A stretch of DNA of 58,986 nt, counting the filler, from Sphacelaria rigidula (Eukaryota): assembly GCA_964200075.2 (NCBI GenBank). It is 6 parts of 6 records of this genome, joined end to end, with 100 filler letters (N's around TTAATTAATTAA, not from the genome) between each part and the next. Parts side by side here need not be neighbours in the genome. Positions count along the whole stretch, not along the records: positions 39,393 to 49,139 come from CAXNAA020007851.1; positions 49,240 to 58,986 come from CAXNAA020007852.1; 4 more parts are not named here. The stretch is one strand, 5' to 3'. The position numbers and the translations under genes are program-made. The notes beneath the pieces are model-generated. The model ran no database searches and had not been told where the DNA came from. It worked only from the letters and a program-made list of their open reading frames with translations. Below are positions 47,332 through 58,986 of the stretch, piece after piece; the first letter of the stretch is position 1; every line of letters begins with the position of its first letter.

Positions 47332-48770
47332 CACACGTCGGACAAATCAGCTCCCTATAGCTCGAGCTAGCTCGTTTTGAGCGTAGCTCCCTAGTGAGCT
47401 ATGAGAGCTACATGAGCTACGCATGTTTTCGTGGGGTGAGCTATGAGAGCTGTACACGCTGGTTCAGATTGAATACCCAAAAACTAATCCCCGGCTAATG
47501 ACGAACGCAATACTCAGCCAATATGCACAAATGTGGTATCATACTGACCGCAATGAACAGACGAAAAGGATGACATAGCCGGATGTTTGTTCAATGCTGT
47601 AGCGGTGGCGATATGGACAAAAATACGTATCGACCAAACAGCGCCTTTCAAATTGTTCCGAAATTGAAAACACGAATTCCAAGCCCAAATTCCACCGAAT
47701 CTCCACATGGTTCAAATCGTAGTAACCGTCATCAGCTTGGGAATCTAAAGGGAGAAGCAGATTTGAATACGGTTCCATCGGGGTCGAAATTTGCCCAGAA
47801 CCGTAATGTTTCCGTGACGTGGAGCCTTGTCGTCGAATTTACATACGAAAGACTCAAGGAGCCTCGAGACGATTTACCTTTTATCTGTTGGAGAAAAGTT
47901 CAGATCATCCTCAAACTTGGCAGTTCCGTAGGTATTGATGCTCCAGATGGAAAAATTATAATCTTGTCCAGATTTCAAAGTTTCTCCGTACTCTACCGGC
48001 TTCCAGGGATCCCAGCATAAAGACCCCAGGAAACCGGTGCAGAATGCCCCAATACCAAAGGTTTTGTGTTAGGTGGTATCCCAAGGAACATGTGTACCGA
48101 GTTTCGTTGCTCAACTCGAAAAACTCAATCGGCTGGGTCTTTTATTGTGAAAACAACCCCCCCAAAGGGCGATTCTCTACTTTTATCAAGTAATAAAACT
48201 CGAAGACCGGGGTTTTTATTTTGTTTTGTTGGTGGATTTTTATTCAAGGTCGCGGTTGACCTACTTAACCGGGGGAAGGGTCAGATCCCGACTATCTCGA
48301 TATCACAAACAAAAAACGGTCTTCAAGTTCCAGATAGTGCCCTCAAGAACATGTGTGCAAATTTTCGTGGTCTAACTCGAAAAAACGGCGTGAGAAAATC
48401 CCGGGGAATGAATTTTGGGCGTTAAATCTGAACCAGCTCGTATGAGCTACGCGTGTTTACCGCACGTGAGCTATCAACCTGTAGCTCATCAGCTCATTTT
48501 CGTCCTGGGTGTGCTATGGGAGCTGTATGAGCTACGCACGTTTGCGATAGGTGAGCTACCAACCCGTGGCTCATCAGCTCAGATTCGTCCTGGGTGAGCT
48601 GTGAGAGCTGCATGAGCTACGCATGTTTGCCCCGGGTGAGCCATGAGAGTTGCATGAGCTACACATGTTTGCCCTGGATGAGCTATGAGAGCTAGGTGAG
48701 CTGCGAATAAATTGCCCTGGATGAGCTATGAGAGCTATGAGAGCTATGAGAGCTATGAGAGCTACGATTG
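47332..48770. mobile_element. GAGCT-rich element truncating the Gypsy integrase; minisatellite arrays at 47345-47452 and 48434-48765
   Basis: Starts CACACGTCGGACA (also at 35489). Contains ~40-bp units gagctatgagagctgcatgagctacgcatgtttgccccgggt and a (GAGCTATGA)n run at 48723-48763. Confidence 0.7.
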
Positions 48771-48776
48771 CTCATG

Positions 48777-48985
48777 CCTTTGACCGCGAGGGTAGGAGGT
48801 CTATAAATCGGCATGATTCACACCCGAATTATAAAGGGAATTATGCTCGTTAATCAGATCGCCAACCCTCGCGGTCAAAGGGCTAACCCCTTGACGGCGA
48901 GCGTCAGTCATACATCTGTTGAATCGGCTCCAATTTCACTTGAAAAACGTATGCATGACCAGATGGACTCGTACCCTCACGGCCA
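48777..48985. mobile_element. two adjacent piggyBac-type MITEs (48777-48882 and 48887-~48985)
   Basis: cctttgaccgcgagggt...accctcgcggtcaaagg; a shared CTAA junction; the second copy matches the reverse complement of 28238-28335. Confidence 0.75.
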
Positions 48986-49139
48986 CCCGATCAAAAGAAA
49001 TGAATCGGTCGATGATTGTGGACATTGAATATTAATACTTTTTTTAACCATTCGACCAAGCGAACGAGGATATAACAGCCGATCCTAATTTTTGGGGTTG
49101 AAACAAAATATGAGGTTGAAGTCCCATCCCTCCCTTGCA

Positions 49140-49239
49140 NNNNNNNNNNNNNNNNNNNNNNNNNNNNNNNNNNNNNNNNNNNNTTAATTAATTAANNNNN
49201 NNNNNNNNNNNNNNNNNNNNNNNNNNNNNNNNNNNNNNN
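49140..49239. other. artificial contig linker
   Basis: N44-TTAATTAATTAA-N44. Confidence 0.99.
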
Positions 49240-49538
49240 CATGCATGGTCATGAGTACACCCCCCCCTCCCCCGGGCATTTTCTCGAAATTGCCATGCTT
49301 TTTTTATTCGTCAACTTTGTTGCAAGAAATTGATCGACACTGATAAAAACCGAAAAAGTCTGGTGGGCTTGGAGGGGTTCGCATATTTGCTTCTGCTCCT
49401 TGCCTGTTCTGTCTTGATGACTTCAGATGCGGGGGGCATTTTTTCGAAAGTTGTCCTGATTTTTTTCCCCCATTAATTTTGTTGAAATAAATTGATCAGT
49501 AAACACTTACAAAAACCGAAAAGTCTGGTGGGCTGCGC

Positions 49539-49571
<33 letters not shown>

Positions 49572-50210
49572 GCTTCTGTTCCTTCATCATATAGTCGTGT
49601 AGAAGATAGGGGTGGTATTCAGAGTTTGTGTATGTATGCATAGGTGCTTGGCTTTTCTCGACTATATCTGAAAACAAAACCACATATATTTTACCTTTGC
49701 TATCAACACTCAGCCTTAGATCATCGTTCGAGGTTGGCAACTCCAAAGTCACCCACCCTCTGTGTATTTTCCCTTTTTCATGGTTTTTCAGGACCTCCCC
49801 TTGGGAATCGTGCACGGCGTTTTTGCCAAACACATGCTTGCAAGTGCGGCACACCCAACCTTGTTCCGCAGACCAAGCCGCGACGAGCGGGGCAGCGGCC
49901 GCTCCAGAAGATACATCGGAGCCTTCGCTAGCAGAGGGAACTGCTCAAGATGAGCTTGGGAGGGTGGGGGGGGCGGCGTGTTCGCCTTCTCAGCGGTCTC
50001 CATGATCTCAAGGATCTCTGTCCACCGCATCTGACCGCATCCGCCAACGCCTCAGCAATAAACCAGGGGACAGACGACTGGGTGCCCCCCCCCCTCAAAA
50101 ACTGAATTTTCCGGTCTTGGGGCCTACATATCCAGGGGGAAAAAATACGCTGCCCCCTGAGATTTTCATCATTTTTCGAATTCAGAGATTTTCAATAGTT
50201 TTTTCGCGTC

Positions 50211-50985
50211 CCACCGTTCATTTCAGTGAACGCTTGATCTCGAAGTTTGGGATCGGGGGATACTTTAGACACAAGCTTCACAATACGAAATAAAAGTCAG
50301 TTCTGCGCTCAATATTGAACGACTTACGGACTAAATTGATGGGGATGTTATTGACCGTAATTGTTTTCAAACACATTTGTTTTCGGCTCTAGCGCAATGA
50401 GTACGTAAAAATACAAAATACGGGCCTATAAAAATGGCCACGAGAGCGATCGGGATTGGTTCAACTCTCTCTGCTGTGCTACAGTATGTAAAGCTCGTTT
50501 GGGCGATTTTCGTTGTTGGGTTCTATTCTGAATAATCTCAGGTAGCATTCTTCCTTCACACTCGAAAATCCTAGCGTCGAAATATATTGGGAACACAGTC
50601 AGGTCGTACTTAGGGTACGATCCTCAGTTGGCGTTGTCGGGGTGATAAGGAGTAAGTACCTCGATCATCACGGGGTGTCATCGATCGTCAATGGTCCATA
50701 AAACACAGTTTTTCGGATCAATAGCAATTGATTGGTACAGTAGAAGATACTCAGAAATATATTTCCATATGTTCACGAGAACGATCGGGGTTGCTTCAAT
50801 TGAGCAACAACACTCAAGGGTCAGAACCTGGGGCTGGGTAGCAACAGGACTTCCGAAAACGAGTCACCCCGTAAGTCGTTCAATGTCGAGTGCAGATATG
50901 ACCTTGTTCCGGAATTTGGAGCGGGTTCCCAGTATCTCCCGATCCCCAAGCTTTGGGACCAAACGTTCACGCGGTTGAGCGGTGG
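50211..50985. mobile_element. non-autonomous TIR element, ~55-bp imperfect TIRs
   Basis: ccaccg.tca....gtgaacg.ttg.tc...aag.ttgggatcggg.gatact at both ends, inverted. Confidence 0.75.
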
Positions 50986-53789
50986 TGGTACGAGAAATAA
51001 GAACACCACTGCAACTCGTCAACGCGACGAAAAATGACAAACAAAAAAACTTTTATTTCAGCTGTAAATCAGTGTATACGAGTATGAAAATAGGTTCACC
51101 AACTCGCTGTGATAATGTGGCCTTGTATCCAGTAGTAGTAGTTGTCGTGAAAGTACGAACTACTGTAAACACCTCTCTTTCCTGTCGACCGAGCCATCCC
51201 TCTGTCTTCCACAACAAAAACACCGCGACCGTGAGCTAAAATTCGCTCCGTCAACAGGGCCAACTCTGAGTGTAACCATACCCGGGTGAGTAGTGACAGT
51301 AGAATGTTTCGAGAGTAGTAGTTAGTTACCATTCCCTGTATGTGTGTACTGTACGTGGGCCGCGGAAGTGTGGCGCAATATCTTACCTATTTCACTCTTC
51401 ATTGCTGAAGTTCGCCGCCGAATCCCCACGGCGAAGGCTATTGGATGAAGTTTTCAACTCCCATCTGAGCGATGTCCTTCACTGCTCCCTCTCCCGTCCC
51501 TGTCACCGCAGTATAGCGGCGCAGTCAAGACAGGCTATTTACAGGCAGATCGATAGAGGTTGTGCGCCGCCCCTCTTCAGCGGTCACACAGCAGACTCTG
51601 GCTCCAAGCAGTTTTACGGCCGCGTCCTCACCATCGATCTTTCTCGGACACAGCAGGAGAAGGTTACGTGATTCCGATCGACAAAAGAGACGACATTGGG
51701 ATACAACGGTAGAAATCAGGCATGCAGCGGGCAGGGACGGGGAGGTTGGTGACAGGAAGACTTCAAGTACTTCTGTAGAGGGACGGACTATTGTCGTGAT
51801 ATTCTGTCGTGACGACATAAAATAGACCACCACGACGGAGTGAAATTCAATTTTGGACTGACGAAATTTGTTTCTCGGGACGACATTATGGTGCTGTACA
51901 AGTATGTACCAGTAGATAAACGGTTATTTCTACCGTCATGCTCAGGTTTACAATGATTATACTGCTGTAGTTGCCACGATGCCAGCAGTGACAATCGTGC
52001 TTTCTGGATGGCTTCTGCTGCGGGACAGGGCCGACTGCGACGACGCGCCCGCCCGTCAGCGTATGTATACAGAGCTCCCCCGACCGTGTCGGTGGGGGCC
52101 ACACCGGTGGCAATTCAGGGTCAGGGAGGACGTTGTTTTTCCGGCAGCAAGTAATTGATACTTGCATTGTTGGGTGTAAAGACAACAGCAAGCATGGATT
52201 TCCATTTTTCTCGAGGCCATATCCATATCCTCACCTCACGTGGACCCAGAGCCGCGGCAACAATTATAGATGGAATGACTTGTTTTCTGACCTCAGCTAG
52301 GGTCTGCTCTCAACACCTTGTGTGTGCGGGTTGTTGTTCTTGTTGGTTTGGTTTTGGTTGCGATGCAGTAGGAGGGTACCTTTGCGACCTTCTATGTCGG
52401 CACGTGCAATGGGTGATGCCGAAACGGTCGTCGGCCTCCAGCAAACAGAACCGAAACCAGATGTTCGATCCTAGATCCGTGGTCCGACCACCACACACAC
52501 GTCATGTTTTTGGTTTTCGTTTACTATGTTGCCTTTGAGAATATAGAATGTGTTTGCCGTTGAGAATACCAACACACTTGCGACTGTCCGGTAGGGAGGG
52601 TATCATCTGTTCGATCATCTCGATCGTGAGGATATAGATCATTCTGCTGTATGTTCTCTGTGAACAAGAAGCAAGGGCCTTATGGGCGTAGGAGCCGTCA
52701 TGCTGGTCTCTTGCGCTGCGATAGACGCCCAAAAAGAGCCCGCGCGCGTCAAGTTGCACGCCATTTGAGGCATGTAAGAGCTTTGATTTCTTGTCCCATC
52801 GTTGTGTGCAGTACGAACTAGCGTACATAGCTGAGTAAGAACTTCCACCCTTACCACGCAGCTGCTCGTATAGCAATGCATTTTTTCTCGCTTCTCCCGC
52901 AGCGATAACAGCTGAAGTCTGGCAATGTTCGATGGAAGTCGAACTAAATTTTGTCATTATTTATCTATTGATTTTTTGTTATTTTCCAACACGCTCGGCT
53001 CTTTCGTGCGTGAACCAGCTAGCGGCGGGGCTGTGCGAGATTGCGCTGGGAGCAAAAGGTGTGTCACTTGCCTCAGAATTCTGGATATTTGGTTGCCTCG
53101 AGTTTTTTTGCATCTTCGATCCCTTGCAGAAGAAGAGCAAAGTCACAAAACGGTACTGCTCATTCCCGCAAGGACTTCATAGGTGCTCTCTTGAATCACC
53201 CAACGTAACTTGAGAAACCACCCCCCTCGTGTGCACGCCGACAGTCCAGCGCAGGCCAGCACAGCATGACGTTTCGCTTGCATATGACAGGGACTCGTTG
53301 TTTTCAGCGTTCGTCATCATGATCCCACTAGATTTCTCAGTGTAGATTCGAATGCTCGATCGGTGCTCGTAGGGTGAGCTGCTGGTTACGTACTTCATCT
53401 GTGCTTCTTCCCTGCACAACCTGGTTTGTTCTGCCTGCCGTGGTTCGGATCGTGAACGGCACTGGTCCCTCCACCAGTACAGTCCAGTAACGGTGACCCT
53501 CCTCGCACAACGACCACAATCATGTAGTTGTGGCGGAGGGCTGTATTGTAGTCTAGCGCAGAAACAGTCCTGTTGCAATCGGTATCGTGTTTTGCACTCG
53601 TATGCGGTTCGTCTGTTTGGGCCGTCCTTGTGATGTACCGTCTGAACTGCTGTACTGTATCGATGGCTCTGTCGTGCGGGTACTGTTGTACAGTACCGTA
53701 CTGTACTGTGAATCACTGAAAGCGGACGCGATCGTTCCGAAATTTCAACCGGTTAATCGCAGTAGCTTGGATATCTCCTGGCGCATGCT

Positions 53790-54060
53790 CAACAGTGGAG
53801 AGCGACCATGTCGTGGGTACACAAAAGTTCGACTTCACGAACGACGAAGGAAAGAGACTGCTGAACCCCTCTGGCGATAAAAAAATGAGTCAAGCACCGC
53901 AGAAGGGCGGTGGAGTACTAGTCTAAACCAAAAGAAAAAAAGAAAGAAAAAACTCACGTGTTGGCTTTCCTCCTGTGTGACCCCGGTTGATGCGCCCACG
54001 TATACCGAAAGGTGTAGACTGGCGTCCAGAAAAAATGGGATGACAACACACACAACACAC
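53790..54060 (+). mobile_element. 5'-truncated tRNA-derived SINE ~470 bp upstream of the TRAPPC8 ATG
   Basis: caacagtggagagcgaccatgtcgtgggtacacaa...taccgaaaggtgtagactggcgtcca...gacaacacacacaacacac. Confidence 0.85.
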
Positions 54061-54527
54061 CGAGGGTGGCATTTTAGTGAAGTGGTAAACGTCCGGGGAC
54101 TGACGGGAAATATGCCATGTGTGGAACATGAAGCGTACGGTACGACGAGCACTTTCTTCGCTCGCCCACGACACCAGTCAGTCGGTGCAACGGTAGGTCC
54201 AGCTTTTCCGTGCCTTCCCGGGAAATGATCGCCGATACAGTCGCCGCAGTCCCGCGAATATCAACATCGTTGAGGTCAACTCTGCCCATTTCTTTCCATC
54301 GGTCGTCCTTAACATGAACAACCCCAACGCACAGGCACTTGGCGCGCCGCAGCTGCCGCAGGCAAGGGAAGGGCGTGACCGCAGGTGTACGCAACGACCG
54401 GCAGCTGGCGTTTGAAACCGACCGAAAACGTACTGGATCAATTTCATTCATCGTAGGTGCTAAACGTAGTTGACCTTTCATATTCCGTGGGCGGGGGCAT
54501 AAGGGCCAGGCCGAGGCATAACCGACC

Positions 54528-54640
54528 ATGTTGCAGCAGTGGCTATCGGCTCGGTGCGTCCCACTAGTGGCCACGCTGGTGACGGAAGACGCCGACTTGA
54601 CGTGCCGCAAGAATGGCGTCAACTTTGAGCAGCTCATCAG
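54528..54640 (+). CDS. TRAPPC8: TRAPPC8/Trs85 (TRAPP III subunit) coding exon 1
   Basis: MLQQWLSARCVPLVATLVTEDADLTCRKNGVNFEQLI resembles the TRAPPC8 N-terminus (P.VA.L.S..A...CRKN.L.F..LL). In-frame TAA just upstream; donor AG|gtcagt, phase 2. Confidence 0.85.
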
Positions 54641-55123
54641 GTCAGTTTGGGGACTGCCCGCAAGCCCTCTAAAATCGGAAACGGGGGCAGCTTCTGTGGG
54701 AATACTTGAGTGGGTGCTGCCCCTCAGTGATGCCATAGTAAAGTTCATTTTGGCAACTTTGGAGTGCTCAGCCCTATTTGTAGCTTCCAGAAGTTCAGGA
54801 GGTTATGCAAGAAGAGTATTGAGGTTGCTGCCCTTGGGTTTTGCAGTATGAAAACCGGACATCATGCCCCACAAGTCAGGGCGCGCTGCAGACAAGGCGC
54901 CGAGAAGTGTAAGAAGTACATACATGGTATAGAAACTACCTCTCTAATATGCTCGCTTCAGTGTTCCGTGGTATCGACAGAGAGCATACTGACGAAACCG
55001 CATCGCACCATACAGAACATCAGCTCCGTTTCGTCACTCCTGATGCACACCTAGCAGGTGCCAATTTGCCCGTGGTTCCATTTCAACCTTCCCCCCCCAT
55101 GCCTCCCCTCGAAACGCGCACAG

Positions 55124-57035
55124 TGCATTTTCCAGACAAGACGGCCTCAAGGTGCCTTTCCGGTCCGCGAGCCACAGCTACTCTCTGGATTCCTTTGCGT
55201 TGCGCTTCATTCGAGGGTCGTCTATGCGGCCTTCCCTTGCCAGAGAAGCAGACGCTGCGTTATCAAACGTGGCTATTGGGGCCGCGGTTGGGGCAACGGA
55301 ACAAGAAGCGGCGGCGGCGGCGCTGCAAGCAGGTGCCAGCGGCATCGGCGATAGAGGTGGCGGTGCCGCCGAAGCTTTGCTTGAGACGCCGGTGGAAGAG
55401 CAGGACTGGTACAAACGCTATCGCGTGAGGTTATGGGAGGGTCTCTGCCATCAGGAATATGATATGCTGGACTGTCCTGCGGCGGTGCTGGTGGTGGTCT
55501 CTAGCACGGAGGCCAGCGGAGATCCCGTTGCGTGCTTCGACGAGTTGTCGTCGCCGCGCTATCTCCCCCCCCCTTTCCAGTCCCGTCAGTACGATCCACA
55601 GGCCCCCGCGCTCGTATATGTGCTGCTGCACGACTGGTGTCGCGGAGCGGAGCAGGGCGTGGATCCCGATACCGTTCTGTCGCAAATGCGGGGTACGTTT
55701 ACCGCAGGACAGTGCCGCGTGCTTTGCATTAATAGCCTGCCGCCCGACAGCCCCAACCTTTCCCAGCCGGATATCTGGGCGGAAGCATGCCAGGCGGATA
55801 ATATCATGTCCCGTGCCGGACGATCGGGATCTCGGGGTGGGGGCAATGGTGATTCAAGAAATAGCGGCGGGGCGGGCGAGGGTGGTGATAGGGGCAATGT
55901 GAGGGGGTGTTGTCTCAGCCCCGAAGATTTGGGGGCGATACGGGATTTTGTGAGGGTACTGGCTTCTCAGGTGGTGGTGCCTTCCATGGAGAGAAGAATT
56001 CTAACGCTAAACGCTACCATTAGCAGCGAACGGAAAGGCATGCGGAACGTTATCAAGTCCTGGTGGAGAAAACCCCGTGAAGTCGGCGCCGATCCATCTA
56101 CTGGAGGAGACGGCAACGGCGCCGGCGCCGGTGGAGGGGGCGGGGGTGGAGGCGCCACGTACAGATTCGACCGCAGCGCCAGTCAGGTCCGCCTCCTGGC
56201 TGATAGCGCCTTTCTGATGCGGGACTTCGAAACGGCGGCGTCTATGTATCGCATGGCTCGTGACGATTTCAAGGGCGATAGGGCATTCCTGCACTACGCC
56301 GCGGCCTCGGAAATGCTTGCCATTTCCCTTTACCTCCTTTCCGGACGCGGTGCGGCGGCACTGTCATCATCCCCAGCGGTAAACAGCCCTGGAGGTGGTG
56401 CTGGCGGTAGCATCATGTCACCACCTGCCCACAATCCTCACGGCAGTGGCTCCCCCTTCGGCAGTGGCTCGTTGGGTGTTGCAGGAGGTCGTCCGTCCCT
56501 CGGAGTGCCAACGACTATCGCGGGCGCGATCGGCGGCGTGGCCGCAGCCGCGGTAGGAAGTGTCGGTGGCGGCAGCGCTGACCTATCTGCGTGGCAGGGA
56601 GCGTCCCCCAATTCTGGTTCCGGTAGTTTTGGCGGGCAGGCTGCCGCAGCGGCTGCTGCGATGGCGATTTCTACGGGAGCCCCTAACAGCGGCGGTGGGC
56701 TGAACCAGTCAACGCCGACCTTGCTCGGCCGGGGAAGGGAAGCTGATGCCGCGTTTGCCATTGCGTTGGACACGTACCAGCGCCGTGCTGCTGAGGAGGC
56801 GGCGGCGTTGGGCATAGGGTATGGTGCCGGAGGGGGTTGGGGCGGGCTTGTGGGAAGCAAGGGCGGGGTAGTGACGGCGGTACCGGCAGCTAGACTTGCT
56901 TCGCGCGCGGCTCTGCTGTACGCTGATGTTGCCACGGCGGCTGTTGCTTCTTCTGAGACTATGGCCGGCGGAGTGATGCCGAACCCGAGATTGTCAGATG
57001 GACGGGGGATGGGCGCGGATGCGGCGGAGCTCCAG
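55124..57035 (+). CDS. TRAPPC8: TRAPPC8/Trs85 coding exon 2
   Basis: Acceptor gcacag, phase compatible with exon 1. Motifs WY..YR, CP.AVLVVVSS.E, YVLLHD, C.VL.INS, GCCLSPEDL..IRDFV, VVPSMERRI, KSWWRKP, VRLLADSAFLMRDFETA.SMY..A.DDFK.DRA.LHYAAA.EM. Donor CAG|gtgatt. Confidence 0.92.
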
Positions 57036-57785
57036 GTGATTTGCCTTTTGGGAATGACCCTCAGAATACTTGTCAATACTGACGTCACAGAAGCACGGGT
57101 GTTTTTGACGACACCAAAACTCGACGTTGGGAACACCAGAATTCACGTGTTGGGTGTCGTTGGTGTCCCTTTTCATCGTTTGCTTATATGTGTGCGTGCT
57201 AATTGGAGCGTCCGTCCGCACTGTGAGCATGTATTTGTTGCGTGGAAACACATCTTGATATGCAATCTGCTGGCGATGTTGTCTATTCCACAAGTTTCGG
57301 GGCTTCTGGCCATATCTGCCAGAAAGCGCAGCCGCTCGTTCGCTGCGTCAATATCGCGAACATTTATGTTCGATGAGAGCCATTTATTTCTTTTAAGCTG
57401 GCCTTAAACTCGTTCTGGGCCGAGATTCATGATGCATGGGTCTATGCCGCCGTGCGGGATTCTGAGACACTGCAAGTTTCAAGTAATGAGGATGTTGCTG
57501 ATCATGAAGACTCTCAGACAATGCACGGTACGCTTCGCATGTTTCCTGAAGTCCACACTGCTTGATCGCCCCCCGCCTTGTCCCACGTCCAGAAATCTAT
57601 GCTACCCTGCGTCTGCTGTACCTAGGTTTCCAACACAACTACTCGAAAGCGTTGGGATAGTGTGGGTTTGATTACGAGAGCGCTAGAACCGAAATTGCAT
57701 GTGATGCTCTACTTGAAACCTCATGTATCGTGCTCCCCCTTTCCCCTCCCCTCCCTCCTTCCCCTCCCTCCCACTGCTGGATAAG

Positions 57786-57920
57786 GCCGAAGCGGAAGAA
57801 GCCCTACTCCACGCTTCCGTACAAGAGACTCCTCTCTGTGCGGCGGTACTGCTGGAGGTATCGGCCAACCGCTGTCGGGCGGCTGGGCGGATTCGCCGCG
57901 CGTCGTTCCGACTGGTTCAG
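57786..57920 (+). CDS. TRAPPC8: TRAPPC8/Trs85 coding exon 3
   Basis: 135 bp, phase 0. AAVLLEVSANRC...RRASFRLVQ matches the conserved ALLLEQAA.C...RKYAFH.IL block. Confidence 0.8.
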
Positions 57921-58338
57921 GTGCGGATTGCCAATGATCACTTATGAGAAGAGGATGACCGTTTCAAGTGACCGTTTGTTATTTTGATATCGTCGGAAAT
58001 CAGACCAGTTAACGTTTGCTGGCGGATGTGTGCCTCATAGCTGATTCTCGCCCAAACTCCCCGACTCTTGTCGCCTCTTGTTTGAACCAACGATCGTGTT
58101 CTGGCTCTCTCTTTCTCCCCCCCTTCTCTCCCACACACATTTTCCCTGTCTGTCCGTCCATCCGCCGGTCTGTCCATGCCTTTGTCTATTCCATCCACCC
58201 CGCTCCTCACTCTTGGCTGCGTCGACCTCTCGCAATCTCTCCATGCGGGCGTCTCTGTGTTTTGCCACTGTTGTGGTCATCGCCTGGGATCCCTGCCGAA
58301 AAACCCTTCCTGCGCAAACAAACGCCCGCGCATCGAAG

Positions 58339-58566
58339 GCCGGTCACATGTACAAAGCCTTCGCGACCCAGCGAACAGAACGACTGCGACGCGAACGACA
58401 ACAAGGAGAGTCTTCGGCGTCAACCCTGTCGGGCGACGAGGAGAGGAAATCGATTACCTTCCTTGGCATGCACGCGGCCCGCTGCTTCTTGGCAGCGCTC
58501 GCCGGCTACCGGGGAAGTGGCTGGGTGGCGGCGGAGGAGTACACCGCTACCGTGCTTCCTGCTGAG
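58339..58566 (+). CDS. TRAPPC8: TRAPPC8/Trs85 coding exon 4 (gene continues beyond the contig)
   Basis: 228 bp, phase 0. AGHMYKA...HAARCF..AL..Y.GSGW.AAEE continues the conserved AGH.F/Y...HA.RCY..A...Y.G.GW..AE motif. Donor GAG|gtgagt. Confidence 0.8.
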
Positions 58567-58986
58567 GTGAGTGGCTGGGTGGTGATTGTTGTCGTTGGTA
58601 TGATGTGTAATATTGCGGAGCAGTTTTGTAGGGAGCAAAATGAGCCATGGGGGCATGTGACCGTCGCATACTACCGCGTTCCGGTGGTATGGCTGGTATA
58701 TCTGAAACCTGTTGTGTTGGCGAAAGATTGAGAGTATCGAAAGGCGAATGCATGTAGTCCTTTTTTTGTCCTGAGCTTAAGTATCCCGATTTCCGTTGTT
58801 GGAAATATGAGGACCTGTGTAGCAAGTTTGTTTTTTTGTTTTTTTGTGATGAGAGTCGAAGTGGTGCAGGAGTGATGGTCATGATCCAATTCGCGATACA
58901 AAAATGTAAGGCGGGTACCGTACCGGGGGAGCGATGAGTTTTTCCCCTGGAGACCACGGACTCGTCCTGAGTAGGGGGGAGGGGGG

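Noticed and set aside
48434..48765. CRISPR-like array
   Set aside because: Units are tandem and degenerate with no unique spacers and no cas genes, in a eukaryotic context; it is a minisatellite.
57036..57407. C-terminal 123 aa of the 751-aa ORF as part of TRAPPC8
   Set aside because: Composition changes after the donor at 57036 and homology resumes in exon 3; this is intron read-through.
1..58986. Endogenous giant-virus (phaeovirus) segment or Fanzor/TnpB system
   Set aside because: No gene-dense intronless cluster, NCLDV core-gene motifs or RuvC/Zn-ribbon ORF was recognisable.

Overview
Eukaryotic nuclear DNA, most likely from a brown alga or another stramenopile. This is inferred from long GT-AG introns, Gly/Ala-rich insertions in a conserved protein, a stramenopile-style Ty3/Gypsy Pol and CCCTAA repeats. 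The window is NOT one locus. It is six unplaced contigs (1-9748, 9849-19596, 19697-29444, 29545-39292, 39393-49139, 49240-58986; 9748 bp x4, 9747 bp x2) sorted by length and joined by identical 100-bp N44-TTAATTAATTAA-N44 linkers. Recognisable coding content: (1) an intronless MYND zinc-finger gene (6120-7301, +); (2) a decayed PIF/Harbinger transposase with two spliceosomal introns (10435-13489, -); (3) an internally deleted Ty3/Gypsy gag-pol relic (44115-47331, +); (4) the first four coding exons of a TRAPPC8/Trs85 orthologue (54528-58566, +). The rest is a dense mosaic of non-autonomous elements: a tRNA-derived SINE (5 copies, one full-length with a TSD), several retroposon 3' ends sharing a terminal motif, ~100-bp piggyBac-type MITEs, a hAT-type element with an 8-bp TSD, many other MITE/foldback elements, and a structured high-copy repeat found at half of the contig ends. 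I found no evidence for a CRISPR array, a viral insert or a novel multi-gene system. The best leads are the non-coding mobile-element families.
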